Below, piece after piece: positions 8,989-18,793 of a DNA stretch of 54,661 nt. The notes beneath the pieces are model-generated. The model worked only from the letters and a program-made list of their open reading frames with translations. It had not been told where the DNA came from and made no database searches. A program made the position numbers and the translations under genes. The DNA is from a virus. Taxonomy: Duplodnaviria > Caudoviricetes. The stretch spans positions 1-54,661 of the IMG/VR virus record IMGVR_UViG_3300025030_000021. The stretch is one strand, 5' to 3'. The first letter of the stretch is position 1. Every line of letters starts with the position of its first letter.

Positions 8989-9420
8989 TCAAAAGGGAAT
9001 ATCCGTTGTGTCGTCAAAGGGGTGCTCGGTGTGAGCGCTCCCACCAGACTGCGGCTTCGCGCTACCGGTGGGGTCGGACTTGCCGCCGCCCTTGCTGGAT
9101 AGCATCTGCATCTTTTCGCCCACAATCTCGGTCGTGTAGCGGTCTTTTCCTTCCTTATCCGCCCACTTACGAGTCTGCAACCTCCCCTCGATGTAGCAGG
9201 TTGCGCCCTTCGCCAGATATTCCCCGGCAATTTCCGCTAGCCGCGCCCAGAGGGTGACGTTGTGCCACTCGGTTTTCTCTTCCCATTCCCCATTTTTACC
9301 CTTGAACTTTTCGGTAGTGGCGAGGGAGAAGGAGGCAACAGCGGTGCCGCCTGCGGTGTATCGAACTTCTGGGTCTTTGCCAAGATTCCCGATGAGCATC
9401 ACGCGATTTAAACTTGCCAC
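8989..9420 (-). CDS. ssb: Single-stranded DNA-binding protein
   Basis: [20 protein letters not shown]...[11 protein letters not shown] fold; acidic DIPF tail. Confidence 0.97.
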   Translation of the reverse strand: MASLNRVMLIGNLGKDPEVRYTAGGTAVASFSLATTEKFKGKNGEWEEKTEWHNVTLWARLAEIAGEYLAKGATCYIEGRLQTRKWADKEGKDRYTTEIVGEKMQMLSSKGGGKSDPTGSAKPQSGGSAHTEHPFDDTTDIPF

Positions 9421-9503
9421 AATATTCTCCTAATCGTTGAGGTTATCCTACTTAACACCGTGAATTTTAACATAACTTAGTCAAGTATGCAAGCGCAAAG
9501 ACG

Positions 9504-9971
9504 CTAAAAATCCAACTGTCCCAGCCCATACAGCGGCCCGCCGGTCCAAGGTATCTCGCTGATCGGAGTGATATTCATGCTCGCCCACTCCTCCGGTGGC
9601 ACCTTGCGGCACTTGGCAATTTTGAACCCCTGGCGCTCGTCATCCCTCCGCCGCGCTTCACTGTCGATTTCCCGCTGCTCCGCCTCCGTCATCAACTTTG
9701 GCACCATGCGCTTTACCCACGGCTTAAGCTGTTCCACCTGGGGGTAATCTTCGTGCATTTCGGGGCCGTAGTGTTTCATCTTGGCGTAGTCCCGCACCTT
9801 CGGCTCTAACGTTACCCCCGATGTCCGCGCAGATGCCGAGTTAGGCCCATTGTACCGATTAGCGTTAGTGGCCTTTTTGCGGGCAGCTTTGCACGTTGGG
9901 CAGAACATGAATTTTTTACTCAGCGCCGGATCAAGCGTTTCGTTGCATCCTTCCGTTATGCACACCCTCAT
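9504..9971 (-). CDS. Hypothetical protein with N-terminal Cys motif
   Basis: ATGA-coupled start at MRVCIT; C..EGC...FCPTC. Confidence 0.6.
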   Translation of the reverse strand: MRVCITEGCNETLDPALSKKFMFCPTCKAARKKATNANRYNGPNSASARTSGVTLEPKVRDYAKMKHYGPEMHEDYPQVEQLKPWVKRMVPKLMTEAEQREIDSEARRRDDERQGFKIAKCRKVPPEEWASMNITPISEIPWTGGPLYGLGQLDF

Positions 9972-10366
9972 GCTGCCACCCCCGCTAGATGTCTGGCGTT
10001 CGTCCACGTGCCAAACCTGTTTTGAATGGTCGAGACATTTACGTCGCCCATGCAGCGCGCCAATGAGTATGACGGCATCCGGCGCACTTGGTCGAGTAGA
10101 TAATTATCGCTGTACACCTTTGGCCGTGGTGCCAATGTCCCTTTCACGCGTCCCGTCCCTCGCCCCTTACACTCGTCCCGCATGGCAGACTGCGGCGGAA
10201 AGTGCTTGTGCAGGTCGAAACGCGTGAGGATTTGGCGGAAGTACGACAGGTTGAATTCCAATATCTCAGCCGTAGCGGTACGGGAATATCCCAACTCCGC
10301 AAACCCGCGCACCACGTCCACGAATGGCTCCCCAAACTCCTTGCGTACCGCCATTAGCTTATTCAT
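9968..10366 (-). CDS. HTH protein with homing-endonuclease-associated repeat-like C-terminus
   Basis: GYSRTATAEILEF HTH; YSDNYLLD...PSY...STIQNRFGTWTNARHLAG. Confidence 0.6.
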   Translation of the reverse strand: MNKLMAVRKEFGEPFVDVVRGFAELGYSRTATAEILEFNLSYFRQILTRFDLHKHFPPQSAMRDECKGRGTGRVKGTLAPRPKVYSDNYLLDQVRRMPSYSLARCMGDVNVSTIQNRFGTWTNARHLAGVAA

Positions 10367-10532
10367 TGAGCGCGGCCCTCCGTGCCATAACTCCCATTAT
10401 CTCGGCCAGCGCCTCTTCGGCGGAATCGCGGAGTATGGTGCGGAACTGCTCGATGTCGTTGCGGTCCATCCATCGGGCGGTGAACTTGTTGCCGCCTTTC
10501 GTTTTGCGTATGATTATTGCGTATGTTTCCAT
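10359..10532 (-). CDS. Small hypothetical protein (57 aa, METYAIIIRK...; not in ORF track)
   Basis: AGGAG RBS; translated by hand; overlaps the next start. Confidence 0.5.
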   Translation of the reverse strand: METYAIIIRKTKGGNKFTARWMDRNDIEQFRTILRDSAEEALAEIMGVMARRAALNE

Positions 10533-10985
10533 TTGTGGCTCCTAGTAAAGTGGTCCGCCAGCGGCGAAGGTGACGGCATCGGGGTAAGAATGTTCCATCG
10601 GGCATCCGAGGAGGTGGGCGCGTGTCCATGCGTAGCACTTCTCTGACCGGCATGGAGATAGCGGGCATTGATTACAATTCACCTCACCATGCACGTTAAA
10701 TGTTGGATTATCTACTTTCATGCAACCCCCTCAGCACGGTCACCCCTGCGGCGACGGTGGCGTAATGGTCGATGTATGCGGCGGCGTCTTCGGTGTCAGT
10801 CGTTTTCATGTGTCACTCCTGTTATCATCAGTTTTCACAACTCGTTAGCAATTTTCAGGTGGATACAAAATGTGCATCGCGGCCACCCATCGGCCACGGA
10901 GTAGCAGGGGGCAACTTTGCACGCGGCCTGCATGAGGGCGCGGCGCTCGGCCTTGGTCATCTTCGGAGGCCGGGCGGGATCGGGC

Positions 10986-11693
10986 TTAGACATCGGCTAG
11001 TATTCGGGCGCAGTCTTCGGGCGAGTACATGGCACGGGCGGCTAATTTAATCATCATGATACGCTTGGCCTTCATGACATCATCGCCATAGCTATATGCT
11101 ATAACCAACCTTTCCCGTGCAGATAGTAACGCCTTGGCCGAATCGTCTGACTTTCCATGCTCCCACCATGTTTGAGCTGCCTGTTTCACGTCCCATGCTT
11201 CAATGGCCGAATCGAGCGTCCCTGTGCAGCAATTACCCCACTCTTTCATTTCTTCCTGCCATTTAAGGTTGCACGCCAACTCTGAACAATCCACCGTTAC
11301 AGACGGCAGCGACAGGTCCAGCGGGGCGGGGGTGGGGTGATAGCCGTATTTGGTTTCTACGCAAAACTCTAAATGATCGGGGGCGGTGGCTGGATCGTCC
11401 GAGCGGAAAGGGTCCGCCGCGTAATCTTGATCCTTAGCTATCCCCAGCACCGCATACCCTGCGATATCCCGATAGGGGGATTCCCCGAGCGCGTCCTTCG
11501 CTGTGGCTATCCTCATCTGCTTGTCGAATATCCGCACCATGCAGAGGGCATCCCCGTACTGGCCCGGCTCGATACCGGCAGGGTAGAGTATGCGGAGGAA
11601 ATCGCCGGTTTTGGCAAAGCTATCTCCATACGCCAAATTTTTAGCTGTGACTGTTTCCCCTATCTCTGCGGCTATTGCTTTGAACTTTCCCAT
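10986..11693 (-). CDS. Nucleotide-modification-associated (DUF1599/Nmad1-like) domain protein with C-terminal extension
   Basis: KN.AYGDSF...RI.DK..RI...ESPY.DIAGYA.L pattern. Confidence 0.65.
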   Translation of the reverse strand: MGKFKAIAAEIGETVTAKNLAYGDSFAKTGDFLRILYPAGIEPGQYGDALCMVRIFDKQMRIATAKDALGESPYRDIAGYAVLGIAKDQDYAADPFRSDDPATAPDHLEFCVETKYGYHPTPAPLDLSLPSVTVDCSELACNLKWQEEMKEWGNCCTGTLDSAIEAWDVKQAAQTWWEHGKSDDSAKALLSARERLVIAYSYGDDVMKAKRIMMIKLAARAMYSPEDCARILADV

Positions 11694-11706
11694 TAACGTC
11701 TCCCTT

Positions 11707-12033
11707 TTAATTGAGTTCCTTTTCGTGCCAAATTACCGCCTTGCGCCCCTTCCCCATTACTAACCAACTAGCCGTCTGGTCTAGCTTGGCGAGTAGCAAC
11801 CAAGGGCGCTTCTTGGCGTTCGTGCGTGCCTGTGTGATAAATGCGGGGAGGTTAATCAGCTTGCAATTCTTAACTTCGACGCTGATTATCTCCCCCGTTG
11901 GCGATTCCACCAGCAGGTCATCCGTGGATAGTCCCGATGAGGTGTCGGCAAGTATGGAGTAATCGCGGTCAGCGAGGAGGTGCTTTGCAGCACTCTCCCC
12001 ACGTCTCCCTTTATCGCGGGACGGTTTCCCCAC
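11707..12033 (-). CDS. Holliday junction resolvase-like PD-(D/E)xK nuclease
   Basis: SRDKGRRGE...D.L...VEVKN...QA motif; GTG start overlaps the upstream TAG. Confidence 0.8.
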   Translation of the reverse strand: MGKPSRDKGRRGESAAKHLLADRDYSILADTSSGLSTDDLLVESPTGEIISVEVKNCKLINLPAFITQARTNAKKRPWLLLAKLDQTASWLVMGKGRKAVIWHEKELN

Positions 12034-12926
12034 TATGCCGCCCCTTTCAACGCTGCCGCCTCTTTCATTTCCTGTATCCATATCAGCACTTCAGGGAACT
12101 GTTCAGCGGTGATGTCAGCGGTGGACCCAATACTAAACTGGCTCATCAATTCAGGGGGTGTGACAACCTGCCCCATCTCAGAGACAAGCTGCTTCCGCTG
12201 GTCCATGGTGATCTTAAGGACGGCGGGCGCGGGCGGCTCTGCGCCAGCGTTCAGCCAATTCGACAGCATCAGCCCTGTCTGCTCCGTTATCGGTTGCGGG
12301 TCGCCCACGAAAAGGCCGGTACGGTCCTTGGATGCTACGGCAAAGTGTCCATCATGAACAATATCCAAGACCACGGACATCTCATACTCGAATCCGTCAC
12401 GCTGTTCGGTTTTCATGCCGAGCTTCACGACCTTCTTCTTGCCGTTGTTCCCCTCTTGCTGTGCCGTTTCCGTCTTGCTGCGTCCCGTTGCGATAACGTG
12501 CATGTTGCATTGCAGCATCGTGTCAATAAATGCCCTGTGGCGCGGCGTGAGGTCGCTCCACGCGCTCCATGAGTTGCCGCCATACTTGGACCTAGCTACA
12601 GCGTCAACTAGTTCCAGCACGCCACCTGGGCCGCTCCACTCGTGTGACGTTGAGTCAACGATAAGCACGTCATACCCTGCCTTCTCCGCCTCCTTTATGG
12701 CCGATATGTAGGCTTCCGGCGTGTAAGGCGCGGGGAGGTTCATAACGTCGAAGTCAAGGATGTGCTCGTAAAGTGACGCGCTCCCGTTCTCCGTGTCGAT
12801 ACAGGCGATCTTACCGCCTAGTCCCTTGGCGATCTGCAACGCGCCCCAAGTTTTGCCTGAACCGGAAGGTCCAGTTAGTGCGAGGCGTAGCTTCGATTTC
12901 TTCTTGACTGCTTTCGTGAATGCCAT
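12033..12926 (-). CDS. AAA_24 / Sak4-like recombination ATPase
   Basis: GPSGSGKT, IDTENGSA and IVDSTSHEW motifs. Confidence 0.88.
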   Translation of the reverse strand: MAFTKAVKKKSKLRLALTGPSGSGKTWGALQIAKGLGGKIACIDTENGSASLYEHILDFDVMNLPAPYTPEAYISAIKEAEKAGYDVLIVDSTSHEWSGPGGVLELVDAVARSKYGGNSWSAWSDLTPRHRAFIDTMLQCNMHVIATGRSKTETAQQEGNNGKKKVVKLGMKTEQRDGFEYEMSVVLDIVHDGHFAVASKDRTGLFVGDPQPITEQTGLMLSNWLNAGAEPPAPAVLKITMDQRKQLVSEMGQVVTPPELMSQFSIGSTADITAEQFPEVLIWIQEMKEAAALKGAA

Positions 12927-12965
12927 GGTTTCTTTCCCCCTTGCGTTGATTTAAATCGTAAGACC

Positions 12966-12994
12966 ACTATAGCCTATTCCTTAACTGTGTCAAT
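12966..12994 (-). promoter_or_regulatory. Sigma70 promoter overlapped by an operator
   Basis: TTGACA-N16-TATAGT; operator at 12980..12994. Confidence 0.7.
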
Positions 12995-13354
12995 TTATTT
13001 CTTCACTTTTTAAAGGAAAAACCCCGCTCCGTTAATGGCGGGGGTAAGGTTTAATCTGCATCTGAGGGTGGGCGCTTGAACCGCCTCCTCTCATCATTGT
13101 TCTCAAGGTGGTCGATTTCTTCCATGGCTAATCCTCCTAAAATGGGTGCTCGTTAAGATGCGCTTCAATAACATCCACCATAGCGAATCCTGCGGCTATC
13201 ATATTTTCCGATCTTTCAACTTCAAAAGGTTTGAGTGGGCCGGCAGCTGGCCCGTAAGGACCGGGATAGTTAATTAGCGCACCCCTGATGATTTCCATTT
13301 CATACCGGGAAAGCCATACCTGCGTTTTGCCAGTGGTGATATCCACAATGCCCC

Positions 13355-13837
13355 CTATCTAATCATCAGACTCTTACCCACGCTCAACTCGTACCCTGGC
13401 ACCGTACCGCCCGCCTTGAGCGTATCCTTGATCTTGGCGGTATCCTCCACCACTGATTGCGGTATCACGATCTGGAACTCAGGCGGGCAGAGTGAGGCGT
13501 CGATAACTTTGAGGGCGGGGGGATTTTTTTGGATGCTGATCTTGAATGTTCCCGCCACCAGGGAATCGACCTGCATTAGTTCCATGCTCGACTGCACATA
13601 TGCCTTTAGCTGTGCGGCCTTGTTCTCTAGCGCCTTCCCTCTGTCGGCTATGCGCTTCGCCTCCACCTTGTGCGCTTCAGCGGACGCCGTGAGGTCTTTA
13701 ACAAAATGCGCGATGCGGCAATCTTTGGCGGCGATGTCACCGAATGCGCGTTCTATCGCTTCGCCGTCGCAGTCTTCGGCTTCGATAAGTTCCATCATCT
13801 GCGCGGTCATCGTGTATAAACTGAGTCCCTTTTCCAT
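13355..13837 (-). CDS. Siphovirus gp157-like protein
   Basis: SLY...coiled coil...KNPPAL...D..KIK..LKAG..VPG.EL pattern. Confidence 0.85.
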   Translation of the reverse strand: MEKGLSLYTMTAQMMELIEAEDCDGEAIERAFGDIAAKDCRIAHFVKDLTASAEAHKVEAKRIADRGKALENKAAQLKAYVQSSMELMQVDSLVAGTFKISIQKNPPALKVIDASLCPPEFQIVIPQSVVEDTAKIKDTLKAGGTVPGYELSVGKSLMIR

Positions 13838-14103
13838 TACGCGGCCTCCTCCATGTCAGGATGTTGCGCCGAAGTCGGTCCCATCTCTGCGGCGGCTTGC
13901 GTGTCCAACCTTGACGCCAGCAGCGCGAAGGCGTGCTCATAGCTGATGCCCGAGCATACGCACTCATTGCCGCAGTGCATGGTGATACCTACGAGCGTTT
14001 CGGAGTAGTCGGGTGACCAGTTTTCAGTCTCGCCATACGAGATACTGAATTTGTTGCCGCCCGCGATATTCGCTAATTTTGCTTTTGCCTGTAAGTAAGT
14101 CAT
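13837..14103 (-). CDS. Hypothetical protein
   Basis: AGGGGG RBS; TAATG coupling to the gp157-like gene. Confidence 0.6.
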   Translation of the reverse strand: MTYLQAKAKLANIAGGNKFSISYGETENWSPDYSETLVGITMHCGNECVCSGISYEHAFALLASRLDTQAAAEMGPTSAQHPDMEEAA

Positions 14104-14162
14104 GGTACATTCCCCCTGTTAGTTACACTGTTAAAGGTGGAGGCGCACTCGCAATGCGCCTT

Positions 14163-14402
14163 TTACTCTCGCCCGCTCTCCATGATATCCGCCTCAATCC
14201 GCCCCAGCGTGTCCGCGCTCAGCATGTTGATGATGTCCCGCCCCTTCATCCAGATTGCTTCCAGCTCGACAACTCCATCCTCGTCCGGTTCCAGCGGCAC
14301 CCCGTAGCTGTCGCGTTCCCCGCGAGACGGCGGGTAGTAGTGGAAATCAACGCTCAGGTCGCGCCCCCAAAATGTGATATCGATGTTATCGCCTCTTGCC
14401 AT
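14163..14402 (-). CDS. Hypothetical protein
   Basis: Promoter TTGACA-N16-TACAAT at 14433..14460; AGGAGGGAG RBS before MARGD. Confidence 0.7.
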   Translation of the reverse strand: MARGDNIDITFWGRDLSVDFHYYPPSRGERDSYGVPLEPDEDGVVELEAIWMKGRDIINMLSADTLGRIEADIMESGRE

Positions 14403-14768
14403 GCTCCCTCCTGTGTGCGCTTGATAGTTGACATTGTAGCGCATACCGTAAGCATGTCAAGTCAAATACCGACATAGTTAAGATATTTATTTCAGCGATG
14501 CGCGTGCTTGGTACTTGCAAGCGCCCTTTAGGTTATTTGAGTTAACGCCATCCGGCACCATTGAGGGTACAGTCGCGGCCCATGCCACCATCAGCATCAC
14601 TGCGGCAATGGCAAAAGTTACCGCCGCCATGAATTTAATTGACCTTTTTCGTGTACTCATTTTCCCACCTCGCTATGATTTCCATGTCGATCCGAATAAA
14701 CTCCTCGCGCATACCCTCGCAAATGTTCGCACAGAAGAGTTTGCGCCACCATTTGCACTTATCGCATG

Positions 14769-15119
14769 TCATGACACCCTCCCCATGAGCCGATCCGCCG
14801 CCTGCTGGAATAGTTCAACGTGGACACCCTCGCGGCCAGGTGTCTCGGTATATCCGCAAACCCGATTGAACGCGGCCAAAGTATCCGGCGACCACGGACG
14901 GGGGCAATCTGCGGGCTCGATGTAGGCATCCGTAAACTTTTCATCCAACCAGTAGCGCCCCACCCCCTCTAGTATCCCCTGTAACCATTTGACCGCACGC
15001 GACCACTCTAGCGGCTGGACGTTGGCAACCTCGGAGTGACGGTACGGCTCGCCAGCGCAAGGGACATTGGAAACAACCACAACATTGAATAGGCTCCGGT
15101 CAGTATCGGTAAATGACAT
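14769..15119 (-). CDS. Hypothetical protein
   Basis: AGGAG RBS. Confidence 0.55.
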   Translation of the reverse strand: MSFTDTDRSLFNVVVVSNVPCAGEPYRHSEVANVQPLEWSRAVKWLQGILEGVGRYWLDEKFTDAYIEPADCPRPWSPDTLAAFNRVCGYTETPGREGVHVELFQQAADRLMGRVS

Positions 15120-15329
15120 TACATCTCCTAGTTTGAGGTTGGCTACCGGGCTGCTTTCTCTTGCCGCATTTGCTCCATGCTCCGCCGCTTGCGCTCCTCT
15201 CTCGGCACCGTGCGGATAAGGTGGGCGGCGTCCATTTGCACATCATCCATGCCACGGAGTAGGCGGTGGAGTTCGGAGGCTATGGCGCGGATCTCTTCGT
15301 TGCTTAGTTGCATGTTGGCACCCCTTAAG

Positions 15330-15533
15330 TTATGCTGCGCCGTCTAGATACCCGTCTGCGCGAAGTGCTGCCAAAATATCCGCGCTGATTCCGATTTGCC
15401 GCTTGCCGCAATGCCCCGCCAAAAACTTGGCCAAGGTGGAGTATTTGAAACCTTTTTTCTCCGCCCAAGTTTTCAGAGTGACGTTTTTTCTTATTAGCGT
15501 ACTGCAATTTCTTAACATTGCCTTATCTACCAC
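15330..15533 (-). CDS. Cro-like HTH regulator
   Basis: TLKTWAEKKGFKYSTLAKFLAG HTH; divergent from the repressor; GGAGG RBS before GTG. Confidence 0.75.
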   Translation of the reverse strand: MVDKAMLRNCSTLIRKNVTLKTWAEKKGFKYSTLAKFLAGHCGKRQIGISADILAALRADGYLDGAA

Positions 15534-15670
15534 TTGACATATCCTCCCATTGCATAATAATATCAGTAACTAGATTTTGTCGCGGTAGTGACAACTACAA
15601 CCTGCGTAAAGTTTTAGCACGACTCAGATAAGTTCGTCAACACATTTTATCACTAAGGGGAAAATAAATT

Positions 15671-16036
15671 ATGGCAATGGATATTAGCAAAAAAGTTTAC
15701 GCGGTCAGGAAGGCTAAAGGGCTGACTATGAAAGAGTTTGCCACTCCGCTGCATATCTCCGAAGGCTACATTTCGTCTATCGAAGCCGCGAAGAAAGTTC
15801 CTAGTGACAGCCTGATAGACTTGATGATCTCGAAATATGACATATCTCTGTCATGGTGGAATACGGAGGAGGGGTCAATGTTCAAGGACGTGAACGGGGG
15901 GAAGCCGCCAGCGGGGAGCTTGGACGCGCTAGTGCAAGAGTTGATAGGGTCCGAAATGGATAAGCTCCCGACAAGCGGCGAAAAGTTTGACCTTGCCGCC
16001 GACCTGCGGGAGTTTTTGCGAAAGCGGAGGGGTTAG
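15671..16036 (+). CDS. CI-like XRE-family repressor (no peptidase domain)
   Basis: RKAKGLTMKEFA..LHISEGYISSIE...P HTH_3; W..TEEG.MF. Confidence 0.85.
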   Translation: MAMDISKKVYAVRKAKGLTMKEFATPLHISEGYISSIEAAKKVPSDSLIDLMISKYDISLSWWNTEEGSMFKDVNGGKPPAGSLDALVQELIGSEMDKLPTSGEKFDLAADLREFLRKRRG

Positions 16037-16227
16037 TGTACGCGGCCCTTGAACCATGCGCAGATGTCATCTACCGCGCCAGGATCTACAATGAGCATGA
16101 TCTTATACATGGCTTTTAGCAGATGCTCCTCACTGTACATTGCATCTCTGATGAGTTCAAGTTTCTCTGCGTCCGCCATTGCTTCCACTTTTGCGAGGAT
16201 CTCCATGTCGATCATTACATACCTCAA
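16033..16227 (-). CDS. Small hypothetical protein convergent with the repressor
   Basis: ORF track; helical composition. Confidence 0.45.
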   Translation of the reverse strand: MRYVMIDMEILAKVEAMADAEKLELIRDAMYSEEHLLKAMYKIMLIVDPGAVDDICAWFKGRVH

Positions 16228-16340
16228 AGTTGACTACGTTACGTGGCCTCAGTTGTGCGGGAACGGTACGCCATTGTATTCTAATAAACAATAGTCTTGT
16301 TGGTTCTCATTACATTATAAATAATTAAACGGATATAGAG

Positions 16341-17351
16341 ATGAAAGTAAACATGAAGCCACACGCCACCCTCCCCGGTTGGTACACTCTCGACTACCGG
16401 CCCGATGGATCGGGAGGGAAGAGATATAGGGACCACGTCAAGGGGTTTGACGAGGCGCAAGCGGCCAAAGCGGAGCTGGAGTGTAGGTCAATAGACCCCA
16501 CGGATACTGCTACCTCCCCCCGCCTTAGCGACATAGTGGGCGAATATCTAGCGTGGGTAAAGCGCAACCAGGCCGACGCCACTTACGCGGGGAAGCTGTG
16601 CCGGTTTACAAAGCACATCATCCCCGCCCTTGGCGATAAACGAGCGGCTGACATATCGCAGCGGGTGCTCGATGGATACGGGGCGCACATGGCGCGTGGG
16701 AGCTTCCGACAGGACTTGGTAGATATACAGGCGATGCTCGGATGGATGGTAAAGCGCAAATATGCCGAGCCGCTGAAATTCAAGCCGGAACTGCCAACGT
16801 ATCGGGCGAAGATTAAGCACCTCCCCTGCGCTAGCGATATATTGAAATTCATCGCCGCGCTCCGGTTTCCGATGCACCAAGCCGTCTGCCAGCTAATGCT
16901 CTACACCGGCCTGCGGTGGAATGAGGCGCGGAGTCTAAGGTGGGAGGATTACCGAGGATCGGAGATATTGGCACGGGTGACGAAGACGGATAATCCCGAG
17001 ATAATTGCCATCCCCGCCGCTTGTGCCGAGTGGTTTAAATCGCATAAACAGCCGAGAGGGTACATATTCAGCGCGGACAAGGGCAAGACTGCGCTTTGTA
17101 ACTTAGGTCGTCCGCTGAGGACTGCATTCGTCGTGTCAGGGGTATATATGACCGCTCACATGTTCCGCCACGCCAGCGCTACGTTCCTCTATGAGTTGAC
17201 CGGCGACATTTACGCGGTTCAGCACCATCTGCGGCATAGCAAGGTGACCACTAGCCAGATATATACGCGGTACTCGGCAGTTCAGCGGCGAGGGTCGGTT
17301 GACATATTGGCGGGGATGCTGGACGAGTTGGGAAGGGGGCAAAAACCCTAA
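16341..17351 (+). CDS. int: Tyrosine recombinase / phage integrase
   Basis: Catalytic set GLRWNE (R), HMFRH (HxxR), LRHS and TSQIY (Y); N-terminal arm-binding-like strand. Confidence 0.93.
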   Translation: MKVNMKPHATLPGWYTLDYRPDGSGGKRYRDHVKGFDEAQAAKAELECRSIDPTDTATSPRLSDIVGEYLAWVKRNQADATYAGKLCRFTKHIIPALGDKRAADISQRVLDGYGAHMARGSFRQDLVDIQAMLGWMVKRKYAEPLKFKPELPTYRAKIKHLPCASDILKFIAALRFPMHQAVCQLMLYTGLRWNEARSLRWEDYRGSEILARVTKTDNPEIIAIPAACAEWFKSHKQPRGYIFSADKGKTALCNLGRPLRTAFVVSGVYMTAHMFRHASATFLYELTGDIYAVQHHLRHSKVTTSQIYTRYSAVQRRGSVDILAGMLDELGRGQKP

Positions 17352-17580
17352 ATTCCTTTTGTCCAATTATTTTGAAAGATAACTTGATATTCACTCAGAT
17401 AACAAATACTTAGCTTGGTAATGTAAAACTACCTTTTTTTAGGACAAATGGAATGCGACGCAAATATGCGGAATAACAACTATAATTCGTCTTCGTTTTA
17501 CGTTCTGCCACAAAATACAGCAGTAATTAAATCAAGTAGTTTGGCGGGGCGTTTTGTCCAATTTGTCCAACGTGGACAGC
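17352..17580. other. Putative attP with arm-type repeats and IHF-like sites
   Basis: TTTGTCCAA at 17358, 17553 and 17562, inverted TAGGACAAA at 17440; AT-rich; near matches to WATCAANNNNTTR. Confidence 0.65.
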
Positions 17581-17615
17581 GCGAAAATAAATTTAAAATA
17601 AATCGCATTTTCCGC

Positions 17616-17644
17616 TTGACGAAACCTAACCGCTTTGGTATATT
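17616..17644 (+). promoter_or_regulatory. Sigma70 promoter of the post-attP operon
   Basis: TTGACG-N17-TATATT. Confidence 0.7.
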
Positions 17645-17686
17645 TATTTCACAAGGAACGACAAACGCGGAACGGGGGGATTTATA

Positions 17687-17929
17687 ATGTATGCACTCAT
17701 AAACACCATGGGCAAAATTCAGAACGATTCGATAGGTACCGTGCTTTCTTTTCACCATACCGTCGAAGCCGCAGAGAAGGCGAGCGACAAGACCCAGCGG
17801 CAAGTTAAACGCGCTAATGGTGACAACTCTTACCTGCCAACGATCATAGTAGAGATCAGGGGCAAGTACCGGCTGGGAGAGCATGTCAGCCCATGCGACG
17901 CTACCGGAGTCGGCGAAGAGGAATATTGA
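17687..17929 (+). CDS. Hypothetical protein
   Basis: Promoter and GGGGGGA RBS upstream. Confidence 0.65.
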   Translation: MYALINTMGKIQNDSIGTVLSFHHTVEAAEKASDKTQRQVKRANGDNSYLPTIIVEIRGKYRLGEHVSPCDATGVGEEEY

Positions 17930-17980
17930 TAACGCCCCAACATGCCGAGCCCACCGGCCAAAGTGGGCAGGGAGTCAATC

Positions 17981-18337
17981 ATGAAAACCGCCGAACTAAT
18001 CAAAACCGAAAAGCAATTTGGTTACGAATTCGCAGAGTGGACACATAAAAACGAAGGCACTGATGGGGTGGTTGACATCGCTGCCATGTGCAACGGCACC
18101 TCCGGTATCCCCGATGGGGATTACACTGAGATTGTTGCTTCCGGTATCGAAAACCCTGACACTCGCCAATACTGGAAAGGGTATAACGAATATATGACCA
18201 ACGTCAACAAAGACCCCGCCGCCGTATCCCTTGGCCGCAAGGGTGGCTTGGCGAAGTCGGACGCGAAGACGGCAGCGGTGCGGGCGAACGGGAAAAAGGG
18301 CGGCTGGCCGAAGGGGAGGCCGCGCAAAATAGCGTAG
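17981..18337 (+). CDS. Hypothetical protein with basic C-terminal KGG-type tail
   Basis: DPAAVSLGRKGG...NGKKGGWPKGRPRK; GGGAG RBS. Confidence 0.65.
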   Translation: MKTAELIKTEKQFGYEFAEWTHKNEGTDGVVDIAAMCNGTSGIPDGDYTEIVASGIENPDTRQYWKGYNEYMTNVNKDPAAVSLGRKGGLAKSDAKTAAVRANGKKGGWPKGRPRKIA

Positions 18338-18385
18338 CGGGAAAGTGGCAGCGCATACTTCAGTTCTACCTTAAGGGGGGGCAAC

Positions 18386-18748
18386 ATGAAAAGGCTAATT
18401 ATCGCAATGGCGCTACTTATCGGCGGGTGTGGCAGCGGTGGCGGCGAAGCTCAACCGGCAGCGGATACCGGCAAGCTCGTTGAATCCACGCAAGAGGCGG
18501 GGTTTTTCCTCTCATCTGTCGCGGCGGATGGGGCGCACTACAAGACGGTCACGACCAAGGGGGAGTTTGTCACGCTGACGCGCATAGGCGGGATATCGAC
18601 GCGGGGCGATAAGCGGGCGGTAGTTTGGACCATATCCAATGATAAGACCGGCGAGATATCGTCGCAGTGGGTGCGCGTGTATACCACTAATACTAATTAC
18701 GATGTGGTGAGTGCGAGGATAATTAACATCGTTTCGCTGCTACCATAG
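18386..18748 (+). CDS. Lipoprotein (superinfection-exclusion candidate)
   Basis: MKRLIIAMALLIGG-C lipobox signal followed by a Gly linker. Confidence 0.75.
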   Translation: MKRLIIAMALLIGGCGSGGGEAQPAADTGKLVESTQEAGFFLSSVAADGAHYKTVTTKGEFVTLTRIGGISTRGDKRAVVWTISNDKTGEISSQWVRVYTTNTNYDVVSARIINIVSLLP

Positions 18749-18750
18749 TA

Positions 18751-18790
18751 TAACAGCGGCGTATCCCTTAATAAGGACCGCCGCTATTAA
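18751..18790. terminator. Hairpin between convergent operons
   Basis: AGCGGCG...CGCCGCT stem between the stops at 18748 and 18794. Confidence 0.55.
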
Positions 18791-18793
18791 CAT

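Noticed and set aside
13060-13095. tRNA T-arm-like GGCGGTTCAAGCGCC on the minus strand
   Set aside because: No acceptor, D or anticodon arms; it lies within a short RBS-led ORF (MEEIDHLENN...)
15523-15540. Tiny uORF MSSGR ahead of cro
   Set aside because: The GGAGG is only 2 nt from that ATG but correctly spaced for the cro GTG at 15533
17410-17440. dif-like site GGTAATGTAAAACTACC
   Set aside because: Lacks the XerD arm (TTATGTTAAAT), and the phage encodes its own integrase with arm-type repeats
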